The notes under the pieces: generated by a model
Database searches by the model: none
The model's input: only the letters and a program-made list of their open reading frames with translations
Told to the model about the DNA's origin: nothing
Assembly (NCBI GenBank): GCA_021819825.1
Contig: JAKAEZ010000001.1
Span: 71,600 to 135,599 of the forward strand
Direction of reading: 5' to 3'
DNA: 64,000 nucleotides
DNA from: Planctomycetota bacterium
Lineage (GTDB): Bacteria > Planctomycetota > Phycisphaerae > WQYP01
Program-made: the position numbers and the translations under genes
Shown here: positions 41,359-51,288 of the stretch, piece by piece
How positions within the stretch are numbered: position 1 is the first letter of the stretch
Layout: each line of letters starts with the position of its first letter

Positions 41359-42654
41359 ATGACAACACATATTGGATTGCTGGGATGCGGAACGGTCGGG
41401 GCGACAGTGGCGGAGATGCTGCTGACCGAAAAAGCGCTGCTGGCAAAGCGATCCGGACAGTCGCTGGCTTTGAAGCGGATTTTAATTCGCGACACCACTA
41501 AAATCCGGAATAACAAAATTCCGGCGAATTTATTTACCACCCATCCGGATGATATTCTTAATGATCCGGACATTCAGATTATCGTGGAAGTCATGGGTGG
41601 GGTTGAACCGGCGAAAACGCTTTCCCTGCGGGCTGTAAAATCCGGCAAATTGTTGGTAACCGCCAATAAGCACCTGCTGGCGCTGCACGGCGTGGAAATA
41701 TTTCGTGCGGCGGCAAAAGCCAACTCCTGTGTCTGCTTTGAAGCTTCCTGCGGCGGAGCTATTCCCATTGTTCTGGCCCTGACCCGCGGGTTGATCGCCA
41801 ATGAAATCGATCAGGTTGTGGGAATTGTCAATGGCACATGCAATTACATTTTAAGTGAAATGAGTTCCACCGGTAAAAGTTACAGCACCGCTTTAGCCGA
41901 AGCGCAGGCCGCGGGCTTTGCCGAGCCTGATCCCACATTGGATGTCACCGGCGGAGATAGTGCCCATAAACTGGCTATTCTGGCATCTCTGGCGTTTGGG
42001 ACCAATGTACCGTTCGACCGGATTTATGTCAGCGGAATAAATACCATTGACGATATGGATTTGCGGTTTGGCCGGGAATTGGGGTATGTGTGCAAGCTCC
42101 TGGCAATCGCCGAAAAACATAGCCACGGCATTTCCCTGCGGGTGCACCCCGCGTTTGTTCCGCAGAAACATCTGCTGGCCAATGTGAATGGATCCTTTAA
42201 TGCCATTGCCGTCGTTGGCCATGCCAGCGGCCAGACCATTCATTACGGCCGCGGTGCCGGTGGAAAGCCAACGGCCAGCGCCATTATTGCGGACATCGTG
42301 GAAGCGGCCATGGGAACCGCCCCGCTGCTTTTTAAGCAACTGCCGCTTCTGACACAGCGCAGCACCGCCGGGGTTATTCCAATTCAAGATGTATCATCCC
42401 GGCATTATTTACGCATGATGGTACACGATAAACCGGGAATGTTGCATCAGATTACCGGCATACTCGGAAAGCTTGGCATTTCCCTGGCGGCGATGGTGCA
42501 ACATGAAGCACACGAGGATCAATTTGTGCCTCTTGTCATCATGACGCACGAGGCACCGGACGGCAAGGTGACCCAGGCCGCCGCCAAAATTGACCGCCTA
42601 AAGGGGATACGCGGCCAGACCCGGCACATTCGCGTCATTGATCCGGCACCCTAA
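41359..42654 (+). CDS. hom: Homoserine dehydrogenase (with C-terminal ACT domain)
   Basis: NAD-binding motif GLLGCGTVG, a catalytic domain and an ACT domain. ATG at 41359 with RBS GGAG; the track start at 41353 is GTG. Confidence 0.9.
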   Translation: MTTHIGLLGCGTVGATVAEMLLTEKALLAKRSGQSLALKRILIRDTTKIRNNKIPANLFTTHPDDILNDPDIQIIVEVMGGVEPAKTLSLRAVKSGKLLVTANKHLLALHGVEIFRAAAKANSCVCFEASCGGAIPIVLALTRGLIANEIDQVVGIVNGTCNYILSEMSSTGKSYSTALAEAQAAGFAEPDPTLDVTGGDSAHKLAILASLAFGTNVPFDRIYVSGINTIDDMDLRFGRELGYVCKLLAIAEKHSHGISLRVHPAFVPQKHLLANVNGSFNAIAVVGHASGQTIHYGRGAGGKPTASAIIADIVEAAMGTAPLLFKQLPLLTQRSTAGVIPIQDVSSRHYLRMMVHDKPGMLHQITGILGKLGISLAAMVQHEAHEDQFVPLVIMTHEAPDGKVTQAAAKIDRLKGIRGQTRHIRVIDPAP

Positions 42655-42739
42655 GCAACCGGAGAACAAGTGCCGATTGCAACAGCGCACCAACCGCTTA
42701 GAATACTCTTTAGACTGATGAAGGATCGAAAGCAATACT

Positions 42740-43930
42740 ATGAAATATGCCATTATCATTCCCGACGGAGCGGCCGACGCCCCGATTGCTGAACTGGGCA
42801 ATAAAACGCCTCTGGAAGCCGCATGTAAACCCAATATGGACGGGGCCGCCCACAACGGTCGCATCGGAACGGTTCGCACCACCCCGCCGGATTTCAGCCC
42901 CGGAAGCGATGTATGTACGCTCTGCCTTCTGGGTTATGACCCCGCGCAATATCATCCGGGCCGCGCTCCGTTGGAAGCCGCAGCAATGGGCCTGAAGCTC
43001 AATGCCTCAAACTGGGTTATTCGGTGCAACTTCGTCACCATTATTGACGGAAAAATGGTGGATCATTCCGCCGGGCACATCAAAGATAACGAGGGCCGCA
43101 CGCTTTTACAGGCCGTCACGGCGGCCGTGGGAAACGCCGGCAAAGTTACGTTTCACCCGGGTGTAAGTTATCGCAATTTAATGACGCTGGCCGGCGTTGA
43201 TTTAACCAAAGTAAAAACCACTCCCCCCCATGATATCCCCGATCAGCCGGTTAAAAATTATTTACCGCGCGGAGCCGGCGCGGAGCCGTTGCTGGATATT
43301 ATGAACAAGGCCCGCGCCGTGCTTAAAGACCATGAAGTGAATCTGGTACGGCGACAATTCGGCGAAAATCAGGCGACAGATATCTGGCTGTGGGGCCAGG
43401 GAAAACCCAAGCATATTCCAAGCTTTAAGGAACGTTACGGCATTTCGGGAGCTATGATTACCGCCGTGGATTTACTGCGTGGAATTGCCAATCTGCTGGG
43501 CTGGAAGAATATTGATGTGCCCGGAATCAGCAGCTATCACGATACCGATTACGCCGCTCAGGGAAAATACACCTGCGACGCATTGGACCATTTTGATCTG
43601 GTCTGCTGCCACGTGGAAGCACCAGATGAAGCCAGCCATCAGGCGGACTTCACCACGAAAATCAAAAGCATTGAAGCCATTGACGAACATGTGGTGGGAC
43701 CGGTGCTCAAGAAATTAAAAACGTTTGATCAATGGCGTCTGCTGATCATGCCCGACCATGCCACCCAATGCGCCACGCGCAAGCACCACGAAGCCCCCGT
43801 ACCATTTCTGATCACTGGTTCGCATGGAAAAAGCAGCATCGCCCGCGCCTACACGGAACAGGCCGCCATGGAAAGCGACCTGCATATAGAAGCCGGCTAC
43901 GAGTTGATGTCGTATTTTTTAACCAAATGA
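42740..43930 (+). CDS. apgM: Archaeal-type cofactor-independent phosphoglycerate mutase family protein (ApgM family; in some databases annotated 'proposed homoserine kinase')
   Basis: MKYAIIIPDGAADAPI N-terminus and iPGM_N/metalloenzyme-superfamily signatures. Length 396 aa. Confidence 0.85.
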   Translation: MKYAIIIPDGAADAPIAELGNKTPLEAACKPNMDGAAHNGRIGTVRTTPPDFSPGSDVCTLCLLGYDPAQYHPGRAPLEAAAMGLKLNASNWVIRCNFVTIIDGKMVDHSAGHIKDNEGRTLLQAVTAAVGNAGKVTFHPGVSYRNLMTLAGVDLTKVKTTPPHDIPDQPVKNYLPRGAGAEPLLDIMNKARAVLKDHEVNLVRRQFGENQATDIWLWGQGKPKHIPSFKERYGISGAMITAVDLLRGIANLLGWKNIDVPGISSYHDTDYAAQGKYTCDALDHFDLVCCHVEAPDEASHQADFTTKIKSIEAIDEHVVGPVLKKLKTFDQWRLLIMPDHATQCATRKHHEAPVPFLITGSHGKSSIARAYTEQAAMESDLHIEAGYELMSYFLTK

Positions 43931-44416
43931 GGCGATTACCAATGATCAATGAACAACGCCACCTTTTCGTGATTCCGCGTGTTCCAACCAATAGCTGAAT
44001 CCCCAGATATACATGACCAGCCTAACGCCAGAATACTGCAAGAGTAGGTAGCCGGTTACCTCAAAGGACCACCCTTTTTTTCGGTCCAGCACAAGGAATC
44101 ACATTCCTCGGACAAATTCCATAACCACACAAGTGAAAAAAGAGGCACCCCCAACAGCAGGAACACAAAATCTTTTTTCACGATTCCCCAGCGGGCACCG
44201 GGCTGACCGCAAGGGAAGGGGAAAATGTTGCAAATGCGTGGTATGACAGATACAAGGTGGCACCGTTTCCGTTCGAAAAGTGAATAATTCTATGCTGCAA
44301 ACACCTTCGGCGACTCATAATAACTCCGCGTTAACATTGGGCACCGGATACCGCAGTGGACGCGAAACAGGTACGGAGTTATTTCACCAAAGTTTGATGG
44401 CGTGGCACATACCACA

Positions 44417-44920
44417 CTACACTTCAATTCCAAGACTTTGCAGGTGCTTTCGTTGACGAGCGGTAAGCGGTTTTCCCATGTTGGAACGAACCCGGTGGTA
44501 CCACAGGAGCGGTATTTCATAGTTGGCTACGCGCACCAAGGCGAACGCGATCATCGCCAAGGCGTCCAACTCTCGACGGCCGGGGGCGTAGCCCTCCGCA
44601 ATCTTCGCGAGCGTCGCCAGATCGCACTCTATTTTCGTCCGGGCCAATGCCAGTCGCCTCGCCTTCCCCTTAAGCCCGCCACGGGGCTTTTCCCGAAGGA
44701 GTTCCAGAAAAATGGAGGTTTCCAATCTGCCGCGCCTTTTTCCCTTCCTGTCGGCTTCCCGCTTCAGGTGGCCCATGTACAGCCCGATGGTATGCATGGC
44801 AAGCGCGCCGCTGACAATCGCCGAATGTTTCCGGCTCCGAACAGCATGGTTTTCAGCCATTTTTTCCAGCAGAGCCAAGACAGGCGTTTGCTCCCCGCAA
44901 TAGGTATTTTCTGCCGTCAT
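44417..44920 (-). CDS. Hypothetical basic protein (~167 aa) in a low-density patch
   Basis: ATG at 44918-44920 with RBS GGGAG. Arg/Lys-rich with no recognisable motif. The opposite-strand ORF at 44402-45064 looks like a shadow ORF. Confidence 0.4.
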   Translation of the reverse strand: MTAENTYCGEQTPVLALLEKMAENHAVRSRKHSAIVSGALAMHTIGLYMGHLKREADRKGKRRGRLETSIFLELLREKPRGGLKGKARRLALARTKIECDLATLAKIAEGYAPGRRELDALAMIAFALVRVANYEIPLLWYHRVRSNMGKPLTARQRKHLQSLGIEV

Positions 44921-45223
44921 ATCAAAACGCTCCCGATGCGATGTCAAGCCTATAAATTAGGGCTGCAATCCACAGATTTTTCGGCTTTATATGGTATAAC
45001 CAGAAACAGCGCCAGTTTGCAAACGTGGCCAACGCGCCCGCAGCGAAACAAAACACGGCGGTGAGCCTCGTTTTCCTCCTTCGTTTACGCCGCGACACGC
45101 TGCATTCTGAAGCGAAACATCATCGCGGCAATACCCGCCGAGCACTACCGGCCCAGTATGGCCGCGAACGTCGCCGCAGCCGCTGCGTACGCCACCCATA
45201 GTCACGGACTCCTTGTAGGCCCC

Positions 45224-45628
45224 CTACGCGACGCGGCACGAGGCCACAAAAACCAGCCAATACAGGTCACTTCCGGCCCCCATTCCCGCCAGCACGAGCG
45301 CTGCAAATGAGCCTACCGACTTGTCGGGTATCGCCTCGGCGTGGTGCCGTAGCCGCCTCACCGTCATGAACGCCGCTGCAACGCTGGCGGTAAATCCCAT
45401 TACGACACAACATAGTGCCATAGCGAATGATTCTGGAAAAAACGCGATCCACCGCCCCGGCAGATACCGCCATGCCAGGAGGTAGAGCGGCTGCCCACCG
45501 GCCAGCAATGCCAGAGCGCCCAGCATCAGGGGCAGCTTCCCCGTGCATTGGCAAGGCGCTTGTACTGCGAGGGCCTCATCGGCCATAACCTTCTCCATGT
45601 ATGCCCGAGCCGGAACGAAACGAAGCAT
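45224..45628 (-). CDS. Hypothetical small membrane protein
   Basis: ATG start and 3-4 predicted TMs. Weak support. Confidence 0.3.
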   Translation of the reverse strand: MLRFVPARAYMEKVMADEALAVQAPCQCTGKLPLMLGALALLAGGQPLYLLAWRYLPGRWIAFFPESFAMALCCVVMGFTASVAAAFMTVRRLRHHAEAIPDKSVGSFAALVLAGMGAGSDLYWLVFVASCRVA

Positions 45629-45952
45629 TCGAAAGCACGGTCACCAACGCCCTTAAAGCAGCTGGCTGTCCACACAGCATCCCTGTACAGCCGCTGCTCC
45701 GAGCGAAACCAATCCCCTCACTGCTCTACCGTCCATGGCAGGCCGGTCAACGTGGCCGCAGCGGCGACAGCCAAGAATTCACGTTTCAGGATGCTAAAAT
45801 TTCGCATTAGGCGTACCCTGTTCTATCAGCAATCCTGCTTTAATCGGACGCGGAATTTTCTCGCCCCGGCGATAACCACCCTTACGCTCCGTCCTTATTT
45901 GCTCTATTGCCAACTTTCTCTGAACTATTTCTCTATCGGGCCGCAGCCCGAT

Positions 45953-46438
45953 TCACGCCATAATTTCCACGGGCGTGCCCACCGGGCATAGGGCGTAAAG
46001 CTCTGTCATGTCGGGATTCGTCAGGGCCACGCAGCCGGCGGTGCCGGTTCGGCCTTCCGCGCAACCGTGAATAAATATTTCGCCACCCAAGGGGGTTTTC
46101 CATACCCGATTTTGCACCTGTTCATCAGCCATATCACTGTGCCGCAAATCATAGATAAGCTGGTTATAAATATCCGCGGACAGCAATCCCTGCTCCAGAC
46201 CACGATCCGCATCTTCTTTGTTTGGATAATCCAATCCCAGCGACAGATGAAACTTGCTATGCGGATTTTTGAAGACAATTTGAAAACGTCCCTCCGGAGT
46301 TTTGCGGTCCCCCTCAATTTGTTTATCGCCGCTATTGGAACCGGTAATACAGAAATAACTTTTAATAAGCGCGGTGCCATCAAACACATACAGCTTTTGC
46401 TGGGACTTAATCACTCGAATATGCGGTTGCTTTGTCAT
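45953..46438 (-). CDS. L,D-transpeptidase (YkuD catalytic domain)
   Basis: Catalytic HG…C motif (IFIHGCAEGRTGTAGCVALTN). Its start overlaps the upstream gene's stop (TGATG). Confidence 0.8.
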   Translation of the reverse strand: MTKQPHIRVIKSQQKLYVFDGTALIKSYFCITGSNSGDKQIEGDRKTPEGRFQIVFKNPHSKFHLSLGLDYPNKEDADRGLEQGLLSADIYNQLIYDLRHSDMADEQVQNRVWKTPLGGEIFIHGCAEGRTGTAGCVALTNPDMTELYALCPVGTPVEIMA

Positions 46439-47577
46439 CACGGCACACGCCCCGGACGGTGATAATTCTGATCCAACCAATAGACAGGGTAGCCGACCAG
46501 TTCGCGCACGACCGCCCAGGGGTTGGTTTCCCGCCAGATGCCGCGACGGGCTGCAACCGTCCAGACGTGTAAGCCCAGTTGTCGAAAAGCCAGACTGGTC
46601 CGCGGTAAATGGTAATCCGAACTTACCGCGATCACGTTATGCCAATGCTCCGCTTTCACCAATGCCATGGTATTGTAAGCGCTGTAGCGCGTGTTATTGC
46701 CGTGATAGTCCACGATTAACGATTTTGCCGGCACACCCTGGGCCAGGGCCAGTTTCAGCATGGCCAACGGCTCATTTTTATATGGGTTGGTTTTACCCCG
46801 TGGAGCGCGTCCCGTTAGAAGTAAACATTTAGCCCGGTGGTCTTTGAATAGCGCCACGCCCTCCAACACCCGTTGCCGAAGCGTGTAGCCGCACGTGTCA
46901 CCACGCCCGGTACCGGCCCCCAGTACCACGGCCACATCAGCATCCATTCCCGGCGGCGGAGGATCCGCAAGAAACATACCGTGAAATATCCATAAAAAAA
47001 TTAGCGCCATGACGGCCATGGGGATCAAATCGTAACTCTTATAAGCGACGGTGCGCCATGGCGGGGAAAGCGTGCGGGTTGCAGCAGCACCAGCGCTAAC
47101 GGCATAATCCGGCCGGGCGATAAACCAGAGGATCATGACCACCTCAACCGGCAAAGACATGGGCATGTACCAAGGCATAAGTCCGTGCAGGATGATTTTC
47201 AAATGATAAAAAGTCACGGTGTTCAGCAGTAAAACCACCGCAATGAACGCCGAGGGCAAAAGCAACATGCGATTAAGCCGCCAAGTGCTGTCGGGTGACA
47301 TGTCCGTCGGCGGGCGAAAGCGGAGTATCTGCAAAATTATTAGACTGGCAAGCCATATCCAAGGGAGGATGAATGCAATAAATGCCCCGGCAAATCGCAG
47401 GTCCAGCCAGCGCCACGATTGCAGCGTAGCGACACTGACCAGAGCACCAAAAAAGATTCCGAAATCCAGCAGGCGAAAAAAAATACCGGCCTTTCGGCAC
47501 GCAGTATTCAAAGCGACGGGGGATGATTGAACTATCGTGTCATGCATGCCATGAGTATATATCACATCGGCTTTCAC
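46438..47577 (-). CDS. Membrane protein with a C-terminal DUF218/YdcF (ElyC/SanA-like) domain
   Basis: N-terminal multi-TM region. The DUF218 region is (VLGAGTGRG…LLLTGRAPRGK…SDYHLPRT). The start is uncertain (GTG at 47577 or ATG at 47547). Confidence 0.7.
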   Translation of the reverse strand: MKADVIYTHGMHDTIVQSSPVALNTACRKAGIFFRLLDFGIFFGALVSVATLQSWRWLDLRFAGAFIAFILPWIWLASLIILQILRFRPPTDMSPDSTWRLNRMLLLPSAFIAVVLLLNTVTFYHLKIILHGLMPWYMPMSLPVEVVMILWFIARPDYAVSAGAAATRTLSPPWRTVAYKSYDLIPMAVMALIFLWIFHGMFLADPPPPGMDADVAVVLGAGTGRGDTCGYTLRQRVLEGVALFKDHRAKCLLLTGRAPRGKTNPYKNEPLAMLKLALAQGVPAKSLIVDYHGNNTRYSAYNTMALVKAEHWHNVIAVSSDYHLPRTSLAFRQLGLHVWTVAARRGIWRETNPWAVVRELVGYPVYWLDQNYHRPGRVP

Positions 47578-48596
47578 GCCAGCGCGAATCGCTCAATGGC
47601 TACGGCTACGCCGTCTTCCCGGTTGGAGGGAACAACATGTCGCGCCGCTTTGCGTATGTGCTCGGGGCCGTTGGCCATGGCGGCACTAACGCCTGCCCAT
47701 TGCAGCATGGGCAGGTCATTGGCATTATCCCCCACCGCCAGTACGTTATCCCGTGTTATCCCATAGGATTTGCAAACAAAGTCCAACGCCATGGCCTTGT
47801 TGGTATCCGGCGCTACAATCTGCAGCAAGCGTGAATCACTGCGAAACAGGCCGATACGATCCTCAAAACGCCGTGGCAAAAGCTGACATAATTCTTCGAT
47901 GATAGAGGCTTTGGCATGGAACATGATGCGCGTTACCGGCACGTGCAGGAAGGTTTCCATGGCGGCAATGACATCCGGATTAAAACTTCGTCCGGTGGGA
48001 ATTGCATCGGCCGGAACAATCCCAAAGTGGTCCGAATAGAGCTTGTCAATAATTTCCACACTGGGAATGACTTCCGGGCAGCGCAATCGGGCGTAGTCAA
48101 TGACCCGGCGCACCAGGGCATGGGGCAAACTGATATGCCGCAGGACGCATTTCTGATTTTCATCCCAGATCAACGCTCCGTTATGGCTGATGATCGGCGT
48201 TTGCAACTTTAAGGCCCGATGATAAAACCGAACACTTCGCGGTGGACGGGCGGTGGCCAGAACCACATGAATACCCCGTTTGGCGGCCAGATGGATCGCA
48301 TGGTGAACGCGCGGGGTAATGGATTCTTTGGGGCTAAGCAGCGTGCCATCCATGTCTAAGGCGATCATTTTAATCGCTTTGGCCGGAGCTGCAGCGCTTG
48401 CCGCAAATGCCGGCAGCGCCGTGGTGGCGGCCGGAGCTTTCGCAAACGTCACAACATGGCTGGGAGATCTCCCACCGCTGGACGTGCGGCGCGGAGCAAC
48501 CATTTTTCGCAGCGATTCAACTAATTCATCTACTGACATAATCAACCCGCTCAAACAAGATACACACACTGACGCCGAAACCAACAGCATTTTCAA
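47574..48596 (-). CDS. Cof-type HAD-IIB phosphatase carrying an unusual Ala/Pro-rich N-terminal extension
   Basis: HAD motifs IALDMDGTLL, …ATARP… and VGDNANDLPML. The start is ambiguous: TTG at 48596, or ATG at 48590 or 48368. Confidence 0.8.
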   Translation of the reverse strand: MKMLLVSASVCVSCLSGLIMSVDELVESLRKMVAPRRTSSGGRSPSHVVTFAKAPAATTALPAFAASAAAPAKAIKMIALDMDGTLLSPKESITPRVHHAIHLAAKRGIHVVLATARPPRSVRFYHRALKLQTPIISHNGALIWDENQKCVLRHISLPHALVRRVIDYARLRCPEVIPSVEIIDKLYSDHFGIVPADAIPTGRSFNPDVIAAMETFLHVPVTRIMFHAKASIIEELCQLLPRRFEDRIGLFRSDSRLLQIVAPDTNKAMALDFVCKSYGITRDNVLAVGDNANDLPMLQWAGVSAAMANGPEHIRKAARHVVPSNREDGVAVAIERFALA

Positions 48597-48791
48597 GCGT
48601 CCATGCGGCTCCCTCCGGGAACACGCACTATAAAACAGGCACTTGTATCATCGGTCAGGAATCGATGTTACATGAGTGAACGTCCATAAAATTCCCGTTT
48701 CCGATAATGAAGCACCAAACGCTCTATTTTTAAGCGCGTTTCAAACAGTTCCCACGTTTGGAATTTCCCACGATCCGGCTTTTTTCGGACG

Positions 48792-49712
48792 TTAGTTAAA
48801 GCGTCGCATGATCGGTGCGATGCGCGCCGCCAAAGCCGATTTTTCCTGGTCCGACAACTGATCCATAATCTTGGCAACGTACTTGGATATCGCCTTGGCC
48901 CGTTGCGCCTGAACTACAGCGGCGTATTGGCGAGCCAGAGTCATGACCTTTATAGCGGCATCCTTTCTCGGGCCGGCTTTGGATACATGCCCTTTGGTCT
49001 TCAAAAACGCCTGGAGTGCCTTTTTTATCCGCCCCAGCAGGTTCGGATCAACTAAACCTTCCTGTTGCGATTGATTCAACATCGCCATGGACGTCTGAAA
49101 CGCCTGTTGATCCAACGCTACAACATTCATCTGACTTTTACTTAGATGGGCGTCGAGCAACCAACGCCGCATTAACCAGGGACCGCGCAACTGCGCAAAC
49201 ATCAGCGCCTGTTCCGCCGGGTTGGAAACCGCCTTAACCTGTTGCACCCACGCCGGCACGCCTGGCCTCGTGGCACGCTGCAACTTAACGGCTAGTGCCC
49301 GCGTTGGGTCGCTGGGATAGCTGATAACATCTACAGCACCCTGAACGTCTGCAAATTTATACGTGACGGTGGCAAATTTGGATGATGGGTTGGCCGGATT
49401 GGCAGGGCTGATTGGACGGTAGGGGTTGACACCAGCAGGTCGGAATACCTGATAAAAGGCCACGGCATCCGATGCTGGCCGGCCAAAAAGCGTTCCTAAA
49501 TGCACGACCAGATAGATACCCGCAAACAGTATCAGCAGCACCGCAACCGCTGCTTTTATTATATCAGGTCGTTTCAGGTCAATAAGTTTCACAAAACCAC
49601 CATTGTTATGCAGCAATATAAACATTCGCCGCATGTCCAATAATAACGACGCATGCGACGAAACATTGCATCTGCGTAACGGCGAGATCCGCCCCATTGA
49701 CTCGTTCCGCAA
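48792..49712 (-). CDS. Hypothetical membrane-anchored protein
   Basis: A single TM (AAVAVLLILFAGIYLVVHLG) followed by a periplasmic domain. The start is uncertain (TTG 49712, or ATG 49697 or 49634). Confidence 0.45.
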   Translation of the reverse strand: MRNESMGRISPLRRCNVSSHASLLLDMRRMFILLHNNGGFVKLIDLKRPDIIKAAVAVLLILFAGIYLVVHLGTLFGRPASDAVAFYQVFRPAGVNPYRPISPANPANPSSKFATVTYKFADVQGAVDVISYPSDPTRALAVKLQRATRPGVPAWVQQVKAVSNPAEQALMFAQLRGPWLMRRWLLDAHLSKSQMNVVALDQQAFQTSMAMLNQSQQEGLVDPNLLGRIKKALQAFLKTKGHVSKAGPRKDAAIKVMTLARQYAAVVQAQRAKAISKYVAKIMDQLSDQEKSALAARIAPIMRRFN

Positions 49713-49806
49713 TGGTTAGAACGCACCAGTTCGCTTGCGGTTGCGGAAATATCGCCCCTTGGACCCACAATATTTCACTATGGCAGTAATTATTCCGGAC
49801 GCTGTA

Positions 49807-51126
49807 TTACCAACCCGACGGCTTTACCGTGGAATATTGCGGATCACGCGGGATATGAAAGGCGCTTACCGGATCTGGATGGGCCGGGTTAAAGGGCTTT
49901 AACCCGGGTCGGATAAATGCGGCCAGCGGTAAATGGTCCTTTTGAATGCCCAGTACCACGCATTTGGCGATTTCATAAGCACCGTAATCATCATTATGCG
50001 TGCGATCCACAAAAGCCACTTTCGATCCATCAGGCCCCAGGTAATTAAAAAATTCCGTGCTCATGGCATTGAGATCGATCAGGGGTACATGCTGCTGTTT
50101 GGCAATCAGCCGCATTTCAGTCGGAAAGCCGTCAAGACTGTTATATATTTTGCCATGCCGGTAAAGCCGCCGGGCCATGGGGGTAACCAGGACCGGAATA
50201 GCGCGATGGGCGCGGGCCTGCGCGATCATCGTGAGCAGGGACGTGCGGTATTCATGTTGAGGCCCGGCATTTTTGCCGCGCTCATGCTGATCGTTATGGC
50301 CAAACTCAATAAACAGGTAATCCCCGGGGCGAATCACGCTCATGACTTTCTTCAAGCGATTTTCCCAGATAAAGCTGTTGGCGGATTCACCATCCTCAGC
50401 GTAATTCGCCACCACGACGCGGCGCGGTACAAAAAAGCGTGTGAACATCTGTCCCCAACTGCACCAGGGTTCAAAACGCTGATCCGTATCCGTGGAATCA
50501 CCGGCAATAAAGATCGTGATCGGATGCGCTTTGGTAATGGTCATGGCGCACAAACAGGGACGCGCATTGCTGAATTCAATGGTGAGTTTGTTGTCCCATT
50601 CCAGGGAGCCAATCTCCCGCGGCTTGAGTCGAACCTTGCCACCGGTGGAAATCTCCGGTGTGCGCGTATTAACCGTAAAGGTGCGTGTTACAAATTTTCC
50701 TGGTGCGGTGACGACTTTTTTGAACATCAACCGCCGCTGTTCCGCTTTTACCGTCATAACCGATTTTCCCTTCAGATCCCCAAGCGTCACAGAAACATTA
50801 TAATTTCCCGACGGCAATTTTATTGAAAAAAAGAAGGGTTTGCGACTGGTAACAAACGCTCCGCGTACGCCATGGGTATTACTGCGATGCACGCCTTTTA
50901 CCTTAAAGCCCAGATCGAAACCGTAGCCCCGGGCGGGAGTATAGGCCATATTCGGAAGCACTTGGATATAGCCGGGCACATGCCGACCGGGGCCAAATTG
51001 AAATTTCAAAGGAAGTTGCACCTTGGCGGCTCGCAAAGCGCCCGCAGGCAATGCCATGATTGCCATGCCGATTAGACCCGTTACGGCCATGTTAAAAGCC
51101 AAAGCTGATCTGCCGAATTTAATCAT
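49807..51126 (-). CDS. Secreted SGNH/GDSL hydrolase (rhamnogalacturonan-acetylesterase-like) with an N-terminal beta-sandwich domain
   Basis: Signal peptide, GDS block (IFIAGDSTD) and a DxxH-type C-terminal block (HNDDYGAYE). Confidence 0.75.
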   Translation of the reverse strand: MIKFGRSALAFNMAVTGLIGMAIMALPAGALRAAKVQLPLKFQFGPGRHVPGYIQVLPNMAYTPARGYGFDLGFKVKGVHRSNTHGVRGAFVTSRKPFFFSIKLPSGNYNVSVTLGDLKGKSVMTVKAEQRRLMFKKVVTAPGKFVTRTFTVNTRTPEISTGGKVRLKPREIGSLEWDNKLTIEFSNARPCLCAMTITKAHPITIFIAGDSTDTDQRFEPWCSWGQMFTRFFVPRRVVVANYAEDGESANSFIWENRLKKVMSVIRPGDYLFIEFGHNDQHERGKNAGPQHEYRTSLLTMIAQARAHRAIPVLVTPMARRLYRHGKIYNSLDGFPTEMRLIAKQQHVPLIDLNAMSTEFFNYLGPDGSKVAFVDRTHNDDYGAYEIAKCVVLGIQKDHLPLAAFIRPGLKPFNPAHPDPVSAFHIPRDPQYSTVKPSGW

Positions 51127-51288
51127 TCCAGTTACTCCGCAATACCTAACCGCTAATGAGCCACGATTCGGTTAAGAATATATCAGTTGCATAAAGAAAT
51201 GTCGAGCCAATATCACAATAATTATTCATGCAATTTGCATTAATTACCATGGTGAGACCAGAGATAAATTATTCGTCTTATAAAAGTG

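Noticed and set aside
44402-45064. Plus-strand 220-aa ORF overlapping the minus-strand 167-aa basic protein
   Set aside because: Low-complexity, stop-free mirror of the minus-strand gene, which has a good RBS and start. The plus ORF has no start context.
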